DNA from: Octopus sinensis
Lineage: Eukaryota
Reading direction: 5' to 3'
Length of the DNA: 64,000 nucleotides
Assembly (NCBI RefSeq): GCF_006345805.1
Contig: NW_021834489.1
Coordinates: forward strand, 25,724 to 89,723
Shown: one piece after another, positions 12,479 through 25,649 of the stretch
How the letters are laid out: every line of letters begins with the position of its first letter
Numbering within the stretch: position 1 is the first letter of the stretch
The notes under the pieces: generated by a model
Told to the model about the DNA's origin: nothing
Databases searched by the model: none
Seen by the model: only the letters and a program-made list of their open reading frames with translations
Program-made: the position numbers and the translations under genes

Positions 12479-12717
12479 TCAAAGAGGAAAAGGATCCCAT
12501 CAACTTTAAACGGAGTCTGGACAGATTCCTTCAAGGAATACCAGATAAGCCACCCATAATTGGATACAACTCACCCAACAAGAACTCACTACTTGAATGG
12601 ACCATAAACAAAACTTGACTTAAGCAGGATTCGAATAATTCTATCAGGTGGTGCTATTAAGTTAGACATGGCCTGGACCAATCTTTGATCGAAACATATC
12701 TAAGTTTTATCTAAGTT
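12479..12717 (+). pseudogene. 3' end of a CR1/L2-group LINE (ORF2 C-terminus, 3' UTR, short repeat tail)
   Basis: KEEKDPINFKRSLDRFLQGIPDKPPIIGYNSPNKNSLLEW* fits the FKxxLDxFLxxIPDxP...NSL C-terminal pattern; tail tatctaagttt repeated. Confidence 0.7.
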
Positions 12718-12736
12718 TATATATATATATATATAT

Positions 12737-12795
<59 letters not shown>

Positions 12796-12820
12796 TACAC
12801 ATATACATATATATACACAC

Positions 12821-12896
<76 letters not shown>

Positions 12897-12910
12897 ATAT
12901 ATATATAAAA

Positions 12911-13136
12911 GGCGGCGAGCTGGCAGAATCGTTAGCACGCCGGGCGAAATGCGTAGCCGTATTTCGTCTGCCGTAACGTTCTGAGTTCAAATTCCGCCGA
13001 GGTCGACTTTGCCTTTCATCCTTTCGGGGTCGATAAATTAAGTACCAGTTACGCACCGGGGTCGATGTAATCGACTTAATCCGTTTGTCTGTCCTTGTTT
13101 ATCCCCTCTGTGTTTAGCCCCTTGTGGATAGTAAAG

Positions 13137-13140
<4 letters not shown>
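12911..13140 (+). mobile_element. SINE-A monomer inside a (TA)n tract
   Basis: Full head, one body, tail ...gtaaagaaat; (TA)n on both sides. Confidence 0.9.
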
Positions 13141-13182
<42 letters not shown>

Positions 13183-13755
13183 GTCGCCCTGAAGATGGAA
13201 GATACAAGAATTTTTCTTAATCATGACAATTGTTTTGACACAAATCGATCTACGTACTTTAGTACTTTAAGATTGGTACTTATTCTGCCTGTCCCTTTTC
13301 CGAAACCTCTAGCTTTTGGTGACATTAACTAACCAACACCAGTCGTCAAAAGGCAGAAAAAAGTACATGTACACACTTTATATATATATATATATATATA
13401 TGTATCAGCAGTTTATATTTGCTGCTGAGTAGTTGGCGCGGTTACGCTGGATTTCGAAAAATTAGGATATATATACTCGGGGCTTCAGTGGTATCGCCTG
13501 GTGTGTATATGTTCGCCCTCTCTTTTGGGACTTTGCTGATGAAACAAACCAATCGTAAACGGATTCAATTTAATTTAATTAAGTTCGATTGCGTAAAAAT
13601 TGTTGAAATCTTGCAGGGTACAAAGTTGAAAAGGATAAACGTTTTTATTTCTCCTTTAGCTTTCAGAATTACTACTATTTTTGCGGTTTGAGTTTTGGCT
13701 GCTCTTTTCAAGTGAGTCGAATGACCTGTAAGGGTCTTTCCTTAATATTTTGTTG

Positions 13756-13786
<31 letters not shown>

Positions 13787-13864
13787 TTAAATATACACTG
13801 CATGTTATGAGAATATATATATTATATATATATATATATATAATCTATATATATATATATATAA

Positions 13865-13978
13865 TATATAGAAGGAGCTTCTGACAGGACTTGTTTCATT
13901 CAAAGAAATCATCAGGAAGCTTCCTGATGATTTCTTTTGAATGAAACAGTTCTAGTCCTGTAGAAGCTCCTTCTATAT
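13865..13978. ncRNA. Palindrome made of two back-to-back hammerhead motifs sharing aagctt
   Basis: Plus strand agcttc-CUGAUGA (13924-13930)-short stem II-GAAAC-stem III acag/ctgt-GUA-gaagct; the minus strand gives the mirror motif with GUC; centre 13919/13920. Confidence 0.65.
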
Positions 13979-14241
13979 AATAAATTAATTTACTCTGCTA
14001 TGTATTGAGTACCTTATTTACTGTGGTTAACCCCGACTCAACCCGGGACCTACATATATATATATATATATTATCTCATAAAATGCAGTGTATATTTAAA
14101 CACATAAGGAATCTACTCATGGGATTCTACACGCTAGAAAGAACAGATAGGTACTATAACCACAAAATTAGGGAAACTAGATGGTAAAAGTTTTTATTTT
14201 TTCATTTCGTTCCTGTCGAATTTTATCCCTAATATGCCCGT

Positions 14242-14330
14242 GGGCATATGGCGTAGTGGTTAAGAGCGCGGGCTACTAACCCCAAGATTTCGAGTTCGAT
14301 TCCAAAGCAGTGATCTGAACAACAATATTA

Positions 14331-14361
<31 letters not shown>

Positions 14362-14560
14362 TAAAATAATAATAAGAAGAAGAAGAAGAATAACATCGAA
14401 AAATACCTTAGGAATGAGAACTCAGGTTCAAAATTTCCCCAAGATATCTGAAGAAGGCTGGAGGGTATATCAGCCAAAACGTTGTGTTAACAACAAACAA
14501 GATGAGGACAAATATCCGTTGAATATAAATAATGTAAATAATGTACATAAAGTAAATAAT
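14242..14560 (+). mobile_element. SINE family D (tRNA head, (AAT)n linker, hammerhead-bearing tail); HHR core mutated
   Basis: A-box tggcgtagtgg, B-box gagttcgattcc; CUGAAGA 14448-14454, stem II ggctg/cagcc, but G12>A (ccaaaac); (aatgtaaat)n end. Confidence 0.85.
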
Positions 14561-15118
14561 GCATCATCTAGTATGTTCTTTATTTCTGAGGCGACAGAAT
14601 ATGATTTGAGCGGCATTTGGCTGTTATCTCTAGTAGGTTTGCGACGTTGGTTGGTGTGGTTACTAGTTGTGATTGTTGTAGTTGTTGTTCTTATACCGCA
14701 TACGGTACTGCTGTTGTTATTGGGAGTGGTGATGGTGATGATGATGATAGTGTTAGTGGAAGCAAAAAAACGTGTCTATTCAAATCACGTAACATTATTG
14801 CCTTAAACTTTTCGACGATTTATTTTTTGAAAAGAATTTGATTTATATAATTTTTTACACTAATTTAATTAGCATAAAATATTCAAAACTTCGATTTTTT
14901 TTTCTTCTAATTGATGCAATTTGTTCCAATACGAAAAAAAAAAACATTCCCCCAAAACCTGAATGTAAAGACATAAAAAAAATTTACCATACATTAAAGT
15001 TTTGAAATGTTTTGCAGAAAGTGGCTAACAATAAAAAGATGAAAAATAATAAAATCATAAATAAGAAACAAATTTTATAAAACCACGTAAAATACCTTAC
15101 ACTCTGCTTGCCAACAGT

Positions 15119-15507
15119 GGATGGAAGCACTCCGTCGGTTACGACGACGAGGGTTTCGGTTGATCCGAATCAACGGAACAGCCTGCTCGTGAAATTAACG
15201 TGTAAGTGGCTGAGCACTCCACAGACACGTGTACCCTCAACGTAGTTCTCGGGGATATTCAGCGTGACACAGAGAGTGACAAGGCCGGCCCTTTGAAATA
15301 CAGGTACAACAGAAACAGGAAGTAAGAGTGAGAGAAAGTTGTGGTGAAAGAGTACAGCAGGGATCACTACCATCCCCTGCCGGAGCCTCGTGGAGCTTTA
15401 GGTGTTTTCGCTCAATAAACACTCACAACGCCCGGTCTGGGAATCGAAACTGCGATCCTACGACCGCGAGTCCGCTGCCCTAACCACTGGGCCATTGCGC
15501 CTCCATA
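15119..15507 (-). mobile_element. SINE family C, tail X, full length
   Basis: Head ggaggcgcaatggcccagtggttagg, B-box gtttcgattccc; TSD cttgccaacagt at 15107-15118 and 15508-15519. Confidence 0.9.
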
Positions 15508-16203
15508 CTTGCCAACAGTAAAACTCGTGAATCGACACAAAAATTAAATCAACCACGTTATTATTCGTCTTCTACAAAAACTGAACTCGGATTACGATAT
15601 TTAAAGAACTGTGCTAAATCATATTCACCGTCATCCAGTTTCCGTCCCACCTTGCCACCCTCTTATGGTTATCCACAGCCACGCTTTGCCCATTTTGTCC
15701 CTCGTTACATTAACTTTATTTCAATCCCATGACAGATTTATTGATATGCAAATATTTGAGGGAGACATATTTATTTTATTTTTTTTTTTTTGCATTATTG
15801 ATTATTAGCAACAGAAAAAAATTAATTGTGTGCTTGTGTGTGTTTCTGAGTGAGTGTCTGTATGTGTGTGTCTGTGTGCTTTTGGGTTTGTGTGTCAATG
15901 CGTGACATTAAAATACACTGAACTTAAATCTGTATTTTGAAACGAGACTTAATGGAAGATAAAATTGCGGATAAAAAGGGTATTAAAGGGAGGAATGTAG
16001 GAAAATATAAATATTAAAAGAAAAACATCTTCCTGTTTTTATTTTTATTAAAGAAAAATATATCATATTCTAAAAGACATTTCTGAAAATAACAACCAGG
16101 TATTTCATATGAAACTTTTCTTAATTTTAAAATTTTACGTTTGTTGTTGGTCGGATTATGTTAGGTAAATGTAAGCATACGGATGACATGTTATAGAAAA
16201 GAC

Positions 16204-16460
16204 GGATCTTTTCGGTTTGAACGGCAGTTTTTAAAAATAATTTCCACGTAACTAAACACTTTTAAACTTCGTATACTGGTAGAACGTTTTTATAAAACAT
16301 CTTTTTCTCTTGGCTTTATTGAGAAAATTCTATGGTTTGTAAGATATTTGTTGTTGTTTTTTCTTCAATTTCTGCAATTTCAACCAATCAATGACGTCTA
16401 TTTGAGATGAAAACATTCTGTGTCGTATGAATATGTCCCTCGACATATCCGAAAAGATCC
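16204..16460 (+). mobile_element. MITE-E with internal deletion
   Basis: Left TIR intact, right TIR partial (ccgaaaagatcc); TSD gaaaagac/gaagagac (7 of 8). Confidence 0.85.
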
Positions 16461-16540
16461 GAAGAGACAAGCAGAACACAAGTACACACTTAAACGTACA
16501 CGCACACACACACGTGTGTGTGTGTTTGTATGTGTGTGTG

Positions 16541-16828
16541 GCACTCTGTCGATTACGACGACAAGAGTTCTAAATGATCTGACTGATGGAACAGCCTGTT
16601 CTTGAAGTTAACGTGCAAGTGGTTGAGTGCTCCACAGACCCGCATACCCTTAACGTAGTTCTGAGAGAGATTCAGCATGACACAGAATGGGACAAGGCTG
16701 ACCTCTTTGAAATACAGGTAATACTTATCTTATCCAGCTGATGTACTAGGACCGCACCATCAGGAATCGAACTCACGACCGTAAGGCCATGAGCTGACTG
16801 CACTTACCACTAAGCCACGCACACTCAC
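16541..16828 (-). mobile_element. SINE with a different tRNA head joined to SINE-C tail X
   Basis: Head ...gcgtggcttagtggtaagtgc...gagttcgattcc; 3' part matches tail X of 15119-15507. Confidence 0.7.
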
Positions 16829-17027
16829 CAATATGTAGATACACATATACATACGTATACACACACACACACATACACACACACACGCGCATATTTATTT
16901 ATGTACGAGGGTTGTCCCAAAGGAAAACCAAATGCGGGTATAGCATTTTATTAACTGACATATATCGTTCGAATTAGGCAAGTTGATAGAATAAAGATGT
17001 GTCTTTTCCTTTTCATGGGCAGCTCGA

Positions 17028-17241
17028 TTACTCTTTTCTCTCTTTTACTCTTTCACTTGTTTCAGTCATTTGACTGCGGCTATACTGGAGCACCGCCTTT
17101 AGTCGAGCAAATCTACCCCAGGACTTATTCTTTGTAAGCCCAGTACTTATTCTATCGGTCTATTTTGCCGAACCGCTAAGTGACGGGGACGTAAACACAC
17201 CAGCATCGGTTGTCAAGCAATGCTAGGGGGACAAACACAGA

Positions 17242-17322
<81 letters not shown>

Positions 17323-17488
17323 TACGACAGGCTTCTTTCAGTTTCCGTCTACCAAATCCACTCACAAGGCATTGGTCGGCCCGGGGCTATAGTAGAAGAC
17401 ACTTGCCCAAGATGCCACGCAGTGGAACTGAACCCGGAACCATGTGGTTGGTTAGCAAGCTACTAACCACACAGCCACTCCTGCGCCT
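17028..17488 (-). mobile_element. SINE-B, full length
   Basis: Reverse complement of family B. Confidence 0.9.
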
Positions 17489-17499
17489 ATATTTTCTTT

Positions 17500-17770
17500 A
17501 ACTAAACACTAAACACTTTGAAACTTCGTATCTTGGTAGAATGTGTCATATAGAACATCTTCTACTCTTAGCGTTGTTGAGAAAAGTTTCTATTTACGAA
17601 GTTATTTCGTGTTAAAGCTGTCGTATTTCAGTAATTTCAACCAATCAATGACGTGTATTCAGCTGAATAAAATTACTGCTGTTGTTTGTTAACAACAACA
17701 CCCGGCGGTGATAAGCATTACCGTTAAGTTTAAAGCTAACTAATAGCTTTCGAATGCGACAGCATTTTAT
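17500..17770 (+). mobile_element. Fragment of a MITE-E-related subfamily
   Basis: Shares aactaaacactttgaaacttcgtat...ggtagaatgtgt and tttcaaccaatcaatgacgt with MITE-E; no TIR seen. Confidence 0.55.
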
Positions 17771-17884
17771 AAACAAACTTTGGAAGCGTCGGATGGGTTT
17801 AATATTTTACAGATAAGAAAGACAATTTCGAACGTGGTAAATACACAGTCACGCACACACACGCACGAACATATGCACACACGG

Positions 17885-17981
<97 letters not shown>

Positions 17982-18997
17982 GACAGGCAGAGACAGAGAG
18001 ATGTCTTTGCAACTACGTTCATTTCTTGAACTCTGTGTCCCGAACACTGCAAAACCTGATGGTAGCGATGACGGATGGGAAAGAATCAAATTGCACAGCG
18101 TCCATAATGAATACGAATGAATAAATATTTCTAAGAATATGATATAATGCAATAAACGTACGAATCACTTAAAACCTTATTCAATTACAAATCTCTCAGC
18201 GGTAAAACCCAATCTTGCTAGAAGTCACAGCATTTCCCAATATCCTTTTAGCATTTAGCTTCAATTAGAATCTATTGTGCAATGAAAATCACCAACAGAA
18301 ACTGGTGATTTGATTAGAAGAAATTAGATGATTTCATTGGATGACTGAAACACGTGATCTCTATACTCTTGTTATTAAATATACTGATGTTCAGAAACTT
18401 AGATTTCTCTCTGTAACGAAGTTATAGATGCCGAATATTTGTACATGCAATAAATTCTAATACATGACCCACGCTTGTCTGCTGCTATCGTTTTTATTTC
18501 ATTATTGACATTTGTAGAATTCTATATTCTTTTTTTTTCCGATAAAGAAAATAATTTAAATCAACAAATCGACAAAGAAAAAAAAATATTTTAGTTACTT
18601 CAATCATTGAATTGCAATCATGCTCGGACATTACCTTACTTTAGTAGATCATATCGACTGCAGTACTGAGATTTACGAGCCTGTAACTTATATTCTCTGT
18701 TTTTCCTAAGTTAGGGGGCATAAAGACAGTCAACGTTTATTCAATTTATTCCTGAGGTGTCTACGTAAAGACAGAGACAATCAAACACACACACACATAG
18801 ACAGATAGACATACATACAAACACATACAAACGCCCGCACACGAGCATACAGTCACACTCAGATGTATATAATATACGACATACTTCCGCACATTTTCAT
18901 AAACAAAAATCTTTAAATTAGTTTAACAGGCAATATGCCATAAAGATCTATTTATGCTAACCGAAAAACAAATTCCAAAACAACATTAGCATAACAT

Positions 18998-19416
18998 AGG
19001 CGTAGGAGTGTCTGTGTGGTAAGTAGCTTGCTAACCAACCACATGGTTCCGGGTTCAGTCCCACTGCGTGGCATCTTGGGCAAGTGTCTTCTACTATAGC
19101 CCCGGGACGACCAAAGCCTTGTGAGTGGATTCGGTAGACGGAAACTGAAAGAAGCCTGTCGTATATATGTATATATATATATATGTATGCGTGTGTGTTT
19201 GTGTGTCTGTGTTTGTCCCCCTAGCATTGCTTGACAACCGATGCTGGTGTGTTTGCGTCCCCGTCACTTAGCGATTCGGCAAAAGAGACCGATAGAATAA
19301 GTACTGGGCTTACAAAGAATAAGTCCCGGGGTCGAGTTGCTCGACTAAAGGCGGTGCTCCAGCATGGCCGCAGTCGAATGACTGAAACAAGTAAAAGAGT
19401 AAAAAGAGTAAAGAGT
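18998..19416 (+). mobile_element. SINE-B, full length
   Basis: TSD ttagcataaca at 18986-18996 and 19420-19430. Confidence 0.92.
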
Positions 19417-19831
19417 AACGTTAGCATAACAAACTCAAGTATGAAATACTCATACGTAAGCATAGGAAGGCAGATGTTCAATACTTATAAGATAAAGAAA
19501 GAAAACCTGGCTACAACACACGCGTTCACAGACACACAAACGGTTACAATGAAATTTAAAAAATAAACTGACACAAGCAACATTCCAAATATATTAACAA
19601 AATCCACTTAACTATGAGATATCAGAAACTCCTTTCTAAATAAAGCCCTTGATTGGATTTACTGTTAAATTTACTTAGGAGGAAAAAAAAAACGTTATTG
19701 AAATTTACTCATCTTGAACAAAACAACAATATTTACGCATAGAATGCCATAAATACAAGAGAAGAACTTAACACGAAACCCTTCGTTAGAATGACAAGAT
19801 AAATTCAGAAAGAAAAATTAAAAACAGTCTC

Positions 19832-20262
19832 GGATCTTTTCGGTTTGAACGGCAGTTTTTAACATAATTTTTAGGTAACTAAAAAAATTTTAAACTTCGT
19901 ATACTGGTAGTAGAATGTTGTTTATAAACACATCTTTTCTCTTGGCTTTATTGAGAAAATTCTATAGTTTGTAAGATATTTGTTGTTTTTTTTCTTCAAT
20001 TCTGCAATTTCAATCAATCAATGACGTCCATTGAGGTAAAAAACATTCTGTGCCTTATGAATATGTCCCTCGTTTAAGAAACAGATTGGGTTTATTTACA
20101 TTTGTGAAGAAAAAAGATACCCTCCCCCCACCCCTAACCCTAACCAACCCTAACCCTAAAACAGATTGAAATGCAATAGATCGATATTAGGGTCATAATT
20201 ATGGGTGACAATTTCATATGACACCGTTAGAAATAAAACTGCCGTTCAAACCGAAAATATCC
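19832..20262 (+). mobile_element. MITE-E
   Basis: Both TIRs; TSD acagtctc at 19824-19831 and 20263-20270. Confidence 0.92.
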
Positions 20263-20426
20263 ACAGTCTCCTTCATCAACGAAAAAGCGAAGAATGTATA
20301 CCAGGTGACAATAAATAAATGAATGATCAGACAGAAAAATAATAGCAAATACTAATCATAAGCTAATGAAGAGACCCATGCAGGAGACCATACTCACACC
20401 ATCGTAAATATACCACGGAACTTGTA

Positions 20427-20991
20427 TTGGGCTGTCCGGAAAGTTCGTGCCGATTTATAGTAGCTTGCCTTTCGACTTATTTTAGAACATGGTTGAGTCC
20501 ATAAAATAGGATTTGGCTACACCTCCATTTAGAGCAAACTTTAAGCTATCTTTTCGTGGAAGAAGGTTTATGTTCCTATAACCTGTATTAATTCTGTAAC
20601 CCTTTGAAATGGAAGATAAGAAAGTTCATTTTCGACACTTGATGCTTTGGGAACCAGACAACAATTCCTGCAGCTCGGCTGGGACGTGTTACTCCACCCT
20701 CCATATTCCCCCAGATATTACTCCTTCGGATTTCCACTTATTCAGGTCTCTGCAGAATAGTCCTAATGGGAAAAATTTCAATTCCTGGATGACGTAAAAA
20801 GATTCCTTGATGAATTCTTTGCCATGAAACCACCTCAATTCTGGGAAGGAGTATTTTCAAGTTAAAGGAAAGATAGAGACGCATTGTGCAACAAAATGGT
20901 TCATATTTGGTTAATTAAAAATGTAATTGCAAGTATTTATTGACCTTTTACTTTCCTTTAAAAATCGGCACGAACTTTCCGGACAACCCAA
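20427..20991 (+). mobile_element. Tc1/mariner internal-deletion derivative
   Basis: About 30-bp TIR ttgggctgtccggaaagttcgtgccgattt, TA TSD; residual MEDKKVHFRHLMLWE and xPDITPSDFHLFRSLQN transposase motifs. Confidence 0.9.
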
Positions 20992-21140
20992 TAACAGTTC
21001 TCGCCTAAAGGTTGAAATGGCGTGAAACCAGATTTGCCAGATAAACATTTCGTTTCAATGAACTCTATACTTTACAACATACATTAATCCCTATCTTCTC
21101 ATTTATTCGAAACAATCCAACGTTCGTATACACACTCACC

Positions 21141-21211
<71 letters not shown>

Positions 21212-21239
21212 GCTCTCCCTCACACACGCACACACTTAA

Positions 21240-21450
21240 TCTTTTCTATATTACTTGCTTCAGTCATTAGAATGCGGTCATGCTGGAACACCATATTGAA
21301 TTATCCAGTTAAAGAAACCTACACCAGTATTCTTTCTACAATGTGGTATTTATTCTATTGACCTCGTTTTCTTGAATCGTTAAGTCATATGGACGTAAAC
21401 ACACCACCAATTATCAAGCATTGGTGGAGGACAAACACAAATTCACACAC
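21240..21450 (-). mobile_element. Degenerate SINE-B 3' half; matching degenerate heads near 22190-22330 and 22400-22520
   Basis: ttacttgcttcagtcattagaatgcggtcatgctggaacacc...ggaggacaaacaca. Confidence 0.6.
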
Positions 21451-21796
21451 ACACACACATACACACACGTATATGTGTTTAATTTTATTTGTTAGGGAAT
21501 AAAAATCCCGGCATAACAGGGGTTCAAATTATTCTCATCCCACCATATAAAAGAATTTTAATTTAAATACTTACTACTTATAACTTGGTTACACATGTTT
21601 CTTGGGGTACACTACCCGGTTCCTTAACCACGCCGTGTTTTGCTGGAACCATTCTTATAATATAATCCCAATCATCAGGCCTCTATATCACTTTCTCATA
21701 GTTTGATACTATAAACTATATTTTAATTTTTTAATTAAAATGTGTAAAATGCTCACCGGACCCTACTGTACAAGCCATAATTTAATTCAAATATAC

Positions 21797-21854
<58 letters not shown>

Positions 21855-21968
21855 ATAGACACACGCATATATATATATTATAATAATATTAGGGAGTAAA
21901 TCCAAACTTACAGGGAAAAATTAGATTTAGGATTAAATCTAATTTTATAGTAAAATATATATATATTA

Positions 21969-22000
<32 letters not shown>

Positions 22001-22026
22001 CATGTTACATACACACATGAATGAGT

Positions 22027-22059
<33 letters not shown>

Positions 22060-22980
22060 CATACACACACATATATATGTATGTATATGCAAACACACAC
22101 ATGCACACACACACATGCACACACACACACATGCACACACACACATGCACACACACACACATGCACACACACATATACATATCTATGGCGGGTTCCTTTC
22201 AGTTTCCGTTCACAAAATTCACTGGCAAGTCTTTGGTCAGCCGAACCCTTAGTAGACGTTACCTGGCCAAGATACCACGCACTGGGACTAAACTAGGCAC
22301 CTTGTGGTTAGGAAGCAAGTTTCTGACTACACAGACACACACAGAAACACATACATTTATGTTCCAGTGTATGTACAATCATTAGTTTAATATGGATTTT
22401 AGATTTTCCGTCTACAAAATTGACTGGTAAGCCTCTGGTCAGCCCATGGCCACAATAGAAGACACTTGGCCAAGATACCACGTTCTGGGACTATGTGGTT
22501 AAGAAACAAAATTTCTGACTACACAGACACACACAGAAACACATATACATTTGAGTACCATCGTATGTACGATCATTATTCTAAAGCGGATTCTAGAGTT
22601 GAAGTAATTTTAGACATGAATGGAAGATCTAAACTTTGTGGAATAGCTCTGGCAATGAGTCAGCTGTAACAACGCCATGTTATGTTTTCAGACTTGACAG
22701 CTGGTTCATGTCTCAAAGCTTGCTAATCGATTCCCAAAACATAGCAAGGATGTTTAACATTAGAACATTAGACAGGACGCTCTCTGAAAATTTTATATGA
22801 ACACAGCCAAGTTTAATATCGTTATTTAATAGAAATTGTACATGTTTTGTCTATTGTTTTAACAGAAATTTCATTGTGAAGTCGTGATGTAATTCGGGGT
22901 AATTTTATCAATAGACATATACACATGGCTGTTGTTCATTTTAGTTTTATTGTTAACTAATTATATAATCAATTATCTAA

Positions 22981-23384
22981 GGCGGCAAGTTGGCAGAATC
23001 GTTAGCGCGCCGGGCGAAATGCTTAGCGGTATTTCGTCTGCCGTTACGTTCTGAGTTCAAATTCCGCCGAGGTCGACTTTGCCTTTCGTCTTTTCGGGGT
23101 CGATAAATTAAGTACCAGTTACGCACTGGGGTCGATGTAATCGACTTAATACCCATGTTTGTCTCCTCTATGTTTAGTCCCTTGTGGGTAATAAAGAAAT
23201 AGGTATTTCGTCTGCCGCTACGTTCTGAGTTCAAATTCCGCCGAGGTCGACTTTGCCTTTCGTCTTTTCGGGGTCGATAAATTAAGTACCAGTTACATAC
23301 TGGGGTCGATGTAATCGACTTAATCCGTTTGTCTGTCCTTGTTTGTCCCCTCTGTGTTTAGCCCCTGTGGGCAATAAAGAAATA
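22981..23384 (+). mobile_element. SINE-A, head plus 2 units
   Basis: Family A sequence with the standard unit junction. Confidence 0.9.
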
Positions 23385-23394
23385 AGAATAGTTA

Positions 23395-23622
23395 GTTCGC
23401 CAGGCAAAATTCGTAGCGGTATTTTGGACGCCTTTAGGTTCTTAGTTCAAATTCCGCCGAGGTCAACTTTGCCCTTCACCTTTTCGTAGTGGATAAAATA
23501 AGTACTAGTTGAATGAAAGGCAAAGTCGACCTCAATGGAATTTGAACTGAGAACGTAAAGACAGACGAAATGCCGCTAAGTATTTTGCCCGGCGTGCTAA
23601 CGATTCTGCCAGCTCACCGCCT
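23395..23622. mobile_element. Two SINE-A 5' fragments in inverted orientation
   Basis: Plus fragment to about 23510 then minus fragment ending ...ctcaccgcctt. Confidence 0.7.
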
Positions 23623-23699
23623 TCAGTGCCGGTGAATATTAATTAACCAGAGAAGGTCTTTAACAGGATTTAAAGGAACAAAAATCAAGACCAATGACT

Positions 23700-24022
23700 A
23701 GTAATCCATCGATTAGGACGACGAGGGTTCCAGCTGATTCGATGAACGGAACTGCCAGCTCGTGAGATTAGCGTGCAAGTGTCTGATCTCTCCGCAGACA
23801 CGGCGTACCCTTAACGTAGTTCTCAGAGAGATTCAGCATGTCACAGGATGTGACAAGGCCTGTCCTTTGAAATACAAGTACAACTCATTTTTGACAGCTG
23901 AGTGGACTGGAGCAATGCGAAATAAAGTGTCTTTTTGACGGACACAACGCGCCGCCGGGAAACGAACTAACGATCTTACTATCGAGAGCTGAATACCCTA
24001 ATCATTAAGCCACGCGCCTTCA
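23700..24022 (-). mobile_element. SINE with a distinct tRNA head, CORE-like body and SINE-C tail X
   Basis: Minus head gtgaaggcgcgtggcttaatgattagg; body gcgttgtgtcc...aagacactttatttc; tail cttgtatttcaaagg...cctcgtcgtcc. Confidence 0.7.
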
Positions 24023-24074
24023 CCAAAACCAATAAAGAAGAAGATTATATATCGTAGGATATAAGCACTCGAAT

Positions 24075-24836
24075 AGGCGGCGAGCTGGTAGAAGCGTTAG
24101 CCGTATTTCATCTGCCGTTACGTTCTGAGTTCAAATTCCGCCGAGTTCGACTTTGCCTTTCATCCTTTCGGAGTCAATAAATTAAGAACCAGTTATGCAC
24201 TGGGGTCGATGTAATCGATTTAATCCGTTTGTCTGACCTTGTTTGTCCACTCTGTGTTTAGCTCCTTGTGGGTAGTAAAGAAATAGGTATTTCGTCTGCC
24301 GCTACGTTCTGAGTTCAAATTCCGCCGAGTTCGACTTTGCCTTTCATCCTTTCGGGATCGATAAATTAAGTACCAGTTACGCACTGGGGTTGATGTAATC
24401 GACTTAATCCGTTTGCCTGTCCTTGTTTGTCCCCTTTGTGTTTAGCCCCTTGTGGGTAGTAAAGAAATAGGTATTTCGTCTGCCGCTACGCTCTGAGTTC
24501 AAATTCCGCCGAGTTCGACTTTGCCTTTCATCCTTTCGGGATCGATAAATTAAGTACCAGTTACGCACTGGGGTCGATGGAATCGACTTAATCCGTTTGC
24601 CTGTCCTTGTTTGTCCCCTTTGTGTTTAGCTCCTTGTGGGTAGTAAAGAAATAGGTATTTCGTCTGCCGCTACGTCCTGAGTTCAAATTCCGCCGAGTTC
24701 GACTTTGCCTTTCATCCTTTCGGGATCGATAAATTAAGTACCAGTTACGCACTGGGGTTGATGTAATCGACTTAATCCCTTTGTCTGTCCTTGTTTGTCC
24801 CCTTTGTGTTTAGCCCCTTGTGGGTAGTAAAGAAAC
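24075..24836 (+). mobile_element. SINE-A tetramer (184-bp units) flanked by a 25-bp TSD
   Basis: Unit junctions at 24281, 24465, 24649; atatcgtaggatataagcactcgaa at 24049-24073 and 24837-24861. Confidence 0.92.
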
Positions 24837-25501
24837 ATATCGTAGGATATAAGCACTCGAAGAGATAGTGAGAGAGTAGGGGAAAGAGAGAGCGAGAGGG
24901 GATAGAGAGGGGAGAGAAAGAGATAGAGAACTAGATTGATAGATAGATAGAGAGAGAGATGTGGGGGTTTGAAAATTAGTAAAGAATGAAGTGTCATATA
25001 TCATGCATAAGCAGAAGAATTAAAATCAGAAATGCATTGTGGGAAAGGCTAAAATAAGATATAAGAGGGCGAGAGGACGAAAGAGCGAGCGAGTGAGACA
25101 GAGAGAGAGAGAGAGAGAGAGGGGTGGAGAGAACGCACTAGAGAGAGAAGTGTGAATGGAGGGGAGATAACAAGAGGCAGAGAAGCAGCGGGAGAGACTA
25201 AGAGACAAAGAGAGAAGGGGGGGAGAGAGAAAGACGAGGAAGACGAAAAGGTGAAAAGCTGAAAGGACTTGTGAAGGCGGTCTGAGAAATATATTTATAT
25301 AAAATATACTCGCAAAGCAACGATCAAGTAGAAGCATAAAATTAAGCCAAGATTATATATGTATTCGTGTGTGTGTGTGTGTGTGTGTATTTAATCGGTG
25401 TATAAACACCGCAAAATATATCCTCGGTACTTAAGAATCTATTTATTAACAGACACATCATTAAAACCCAATAAAGTATTGCCATGCTATTCTAAATTAT
25501 G

Positions 25502-25537
<36 letters not shown>

Positions 25538-25570
25538 AATAATATGTATATATATATATATAATATATAT

Positions 25571-25602
<32 letters not shown>

Positions 25603-25649
25603 GAATGTATGTATGTATATGTATGTATTCTATGTCTTTTTATTCTAGA

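Noticed and set aside
13178-13230. ctgaagatgg as a hammerhead core; likewise 52881, 57867, 39742 (minus) and 55109 (minus)
   Set aside because: No downstream GAAAC with compatible stems
14242-14315. Genuine tRNA gene (also the heads of families A-C)
   Set aside because: A- and B-boxes are present but the acceptor stem is not closed and the sequence continues into a SINE body
18320-18365. Possible hammerhead relic (agatga...gaaacacgtga)
   Set aside because: CUGA and the UH triplet are missing; too degenerate to call
24075-24836. CRISPR-like appearance of regular repeats
   Set aside because: 184-bp units are contiguous with no unique spacers; eukaryotic SINE context
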